Shown here: positions 34,756-36,847 of the stretch, piece by piece
Layout of the letters: each line of letters opens with the position of its first letter
Position numbering within the stretch: position 1 is the first letter of the stretch
From: a virus
Taxonomy: Duplodnaviria > Caudoviricetes
DNA: 36,847 bases
Direction: 5' to 3' (one strand)
IMG/VR virus record: IMGVR_UViG_3300044297_000174
Location: 1 to 36,847 of that record
Notes under the pieces: generated by a model
Seen by the model: the letters and a program-made list of their open reading frames with translations, nothing else
The model's database searches: none
Told to the model about the DNA's origin: nothing
Program-made: the position numbers and the translations under genes

Positions 34756-35084
34756 GGCATTTGCTCCAGATCGTCCACTATCTCTGCGCTCATCGTCATC
34801 CAACGCTCTTTCGCCGCGTCGTATTTGGCGCGCTCGTCGGCAAGCTCACGTTCGGCGTGGCGGATCGTCGTCTCGGCTTCCGAGATCGCCAGCGCTTTCT
34901 TCTGCTCTGCGTGCGCGATGCGTGCCTGAATGTCGGCAATCACGCGCTGGTGCTGCTTGCACTCGCGCCACGTGCCGTGCAGTGCCGGCGGCGGAAGGTC
35001 TGGATCATGCGGAGCAAGCGAGACAACGTTGCCCGTGCTTGGCACGTGGTCGAGAAGCTGCGAGCGAATGCCTTTGAACATCAC
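34752..35084 (-). CDS. Coiled-coil hypothetical protein
   Basis: GGAGGGAG RBS with overlapping start and stop codons. Confidence 0.7.
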   Translation of the reverse strand: MMFKGIRSQLLDHVPSTGNVVSLAPHDPDLPPPALHGTWRECKQHQRVIADIQARIAHAEQKKALAISEAETTIRHAERELADERAKYDAAKERWMTMSAEIVDDLEQMP

Positions 35085-35185
35085 TCCCTCCGATCAAGCA
35101 GCCAATCGACAATCGACGGACCTGCCGCCACGCCGATCAGCACCAACACCGCGATAAAAACCGTGTATTCCAGCCATTCCGTCAT
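35081..35185 (-). CDS. Small TM peptide (34 aa)
   Basis: MTEWLEYTVFIAVLVLIGVAAGPSIVDWLLDRRE overlaps both neighbours by 4 nt. Confidence 0.55.
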   Translation of the reverse strand: MTEWLEYTVFIAVLVLIGVAAGPSIVDWLLDRRE

Positions 35186-35562
35186 CTGCATCCCCACTGG
35201 TTCACGTCGCAGTCGTGGCCTCGATCAACTGGAGGCGGTGTCACCGGACTGAATGCAACAATCCCAAGCAGCACGATCCAGCCCGCCACAGTTCCACCGA
35301 CTACCGCCCAAGCACGGACCATCTGCCACCCCCCGCCGCGTTTCATCATTTCCGCTCGCTCCAGCATCGCGCGGTGGTCTGGATCATCCTTGTTGACAAC
35401 GACAGTGGCCTTTAGCCGTGCCGTCTGTGCGTTTTTCCATCCCCGCCGCCAGTGCATCGAATTGGTGGAAACGTATGGATGCCCGCGCTCGAATGCGTCC
35501 TTGCCTCTGGCCTCGAGGTCGGAAATCATCTGCTTGGTCACGTACTCAAAACGCCGCCGCAT
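35182..35562 (-). CDS. Hypothetical protein with C-terminal TM
   Basis: AGGTG RBS, G..AF..G...W..GW motif and a TM segment. Confidence 0.6.
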   Translation of the reverse strand: MRRRFEYVTKQMISDLEARGKDAFERGHPYVSTNSMHWRRGWKNAQTARLKATVVVNKDDPDHRAMLERAEMMKRGGGWQMVRAWAVVGGTVAGWIVLLGIVAFSPVTPPPVDRGHDCDVNQWGCR

Positions 35563-35776
35563 TTTTCACCTACTCGTTTGGTACAGAATGGAATGCCGAG
35601 GCCGGTGCAATTGATTGGCTATGAAACCGAGCCAGACTGCCCGCCAACCACGCATCACACCTTTGATGCTCTCTGGACGCCTCGGCCCGCCCTGGGAGTC
35701 GTGGGCAGCCGTAACTAGAAGGAGCCGGACCAGCTACGGGAGACCCCCGCAAGCTCACGCGCGATCCGGCTCCGCT

Positions 35777-36133
35777 TCAAGCGGCGTACGAGACGCCGTT
35801 GAATCCAACACCGTACGTCGGCGCTACATCGCGCTCGCGTCGGTTGCCTCGGGACGGGATGCTGGCACGTTCCATTAGCTCGTCGCGCTTCGCTGCATGG
35901 TGCTTCTCAGCAGCGCGCCAGATCGACTTCGCGTTTTCGTCGCGTTCGAACAGCTTTGGCGAAACCTCCACCCACTCATTGCGGGTGTAGTCGATCTGCA
36001 GGCGTACTGCGTGGAGGTCGCCGTCTTCGTCCATGACCATGATGCAGTCTTGATCGACCACGATCATCGCGTCTTTGCCGAACACCGAAATCTCAATGTC
36101 GCCAAGTGTGGCGGGGCAGGTGTACTCGATCAT
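35777..36133 (-). CDS. Hypothetical protein
   Basis: GGGGAG RBS and ATGA overlap. Confidence 0.7.
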   Translation of the reverse strand: MIEYTCPATLGDIEISVFGKDAMIVVDQDCIMVMDEDGDLHAVRLQIDYTRNEWVEVSPKLFERDENAKSIWRAAEKHHAAKRDELMERASIPSRGNRRERDVAPTYGVGFNGVSYAA

Positions 36134-36366
36134 GCCACGCGCTCCCCGACGATGGCCACGCAGCGGTCATAGATCGACTTCGATTGCGTCTCGTCGCGCA
36201 GGACGGTGAGAAGCTGCCGCGCTTCTGACGATACGATCTGCGGAGGTGTCTGCATCTTGGTCAGATGCTCGGCATTGAGACGGTGAAACATTCCAAAGAA
36301 TGACTCCCTCATGGCCTGCTCTCTACGCCGCTCGTCCGCTGCTAGCTGTCTCTCTGTCATGGTCAT
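36130..36366 (-). CDS. Hypothetical protein
   Basis: AGAGGGG RBS. Confidence 0.68.
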   Translation of the reverse strand: MTMTERQLAADERRREQAMRESFFGMFHRLNAEHLTKMQTPPQIVSSEARQLLTVLRDETQSKSIYDRCVAIVGERVA

Positions 36367-36427
36367 GGCCGCATCCCCTCTTGAGCCTCACCGGGCGACA
36401 TCAGCGCCGCCCGGCAGTTGCTGATTT

Positions 36428-36847
36428 TCAGCCGTAGCCGTCGCCGTAGCCGTCGCCGTAGCCGTCGCCGTAGCCGGAGCCGGAGCCGGAGCCGGAGCCG
36501 TAGCCGGAGCCGTCGCCGTCGCCGTAGCCGGAGCCGTCGCCGTAGCCGGAGCCGTAGCCGTAGCCGTCGCCGTAGCTGGAGCCGGAGCCGTCGCCGTAGC
36601 CGTAGCCGGAGCCGTCGCCGTAGCCGTAGCCGTAGCCGGAGCCGGAGCCGGAGCCGTCGCCGTAGCCGTAGCCGGAGCCGTCGCCGTAGCCGTAGCCGTA
36701 GCCGTCGCCGTAGCCGGAGCCGTAGCCGTCGCCGTAGCCGTCGCCGTAGCCGGAGCCGTAGCCGTAGCCGGAGCCGGAGCCGGAGCCGGAGCCGTAGCCG
36801 GAGCCGTCGCCGTCGCCGGAGCCGGAGCCGTAGCCGGAGCCGTCGCC
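36428..36847 (-). repeat. 3' end of a gene encoding a (Gly-X)n repeat, X = Asp/Tyr/Ser
   Basis: Irregular tandem of the hexamers GACGGC, TACGGC and TCCGGC on the minus strand, ending at TGA 36428-36430. It runs off the window edge. Confidence 0.85.

Noticed and set aside
1-36847. Genome-wide TGA reassignment
   Set aside because: Many clear genes (portal, scaffold, coat, tail fibre) end in TGA with the next gene starting immediately.
36428-36847. CRISPR array
   Set aside because: It consists of 6-bp units with no unique spacers, and no cas genes are present.

Overview
Most of the genome of a temperate, GC-rich, P22-like (short-tailed) phage. An alphaproteobacterial host is inferred from gene style and the tRNA-Arg fragment. 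On the + strand the order is: helicase and primase, a two-frame (alpha/beta) C5 DNA methyltransferase locus whose long frame has one in-frame TGA, a NusG-like antiterminator, terminase, portal, scaffold, coat, gp4/gp10-like and ejection proteins, a mosaic tail fibre, and lysis genes with an antisense HNH-AP2 insertion. Next is an accessory island: back-to-back sigma70 promoters, a degenerate resolvase-like gene and short genes joined by a recurring linker. After that come an attP-like 3' half of tRNA-Arg(CCG), integrase/excisionase and a leftward early operon (HNH, Nmad5-like, Sak4-like ATPase). The window ends inside a (Gly-X)n repeat gene. Phage genes flank the att core on both sides, which suggests the excised or virion form. 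No repressor or cro gene is visible. The most notable observations are a 58-aa ORF between terL and the portal that matches the phage's own coat C-terminus (14/25 ungapped identities), the interrupted dual-frame methyltransferase, and the linker-delimited gene array. All family calls come from motif recognition by eye, with no database searches.
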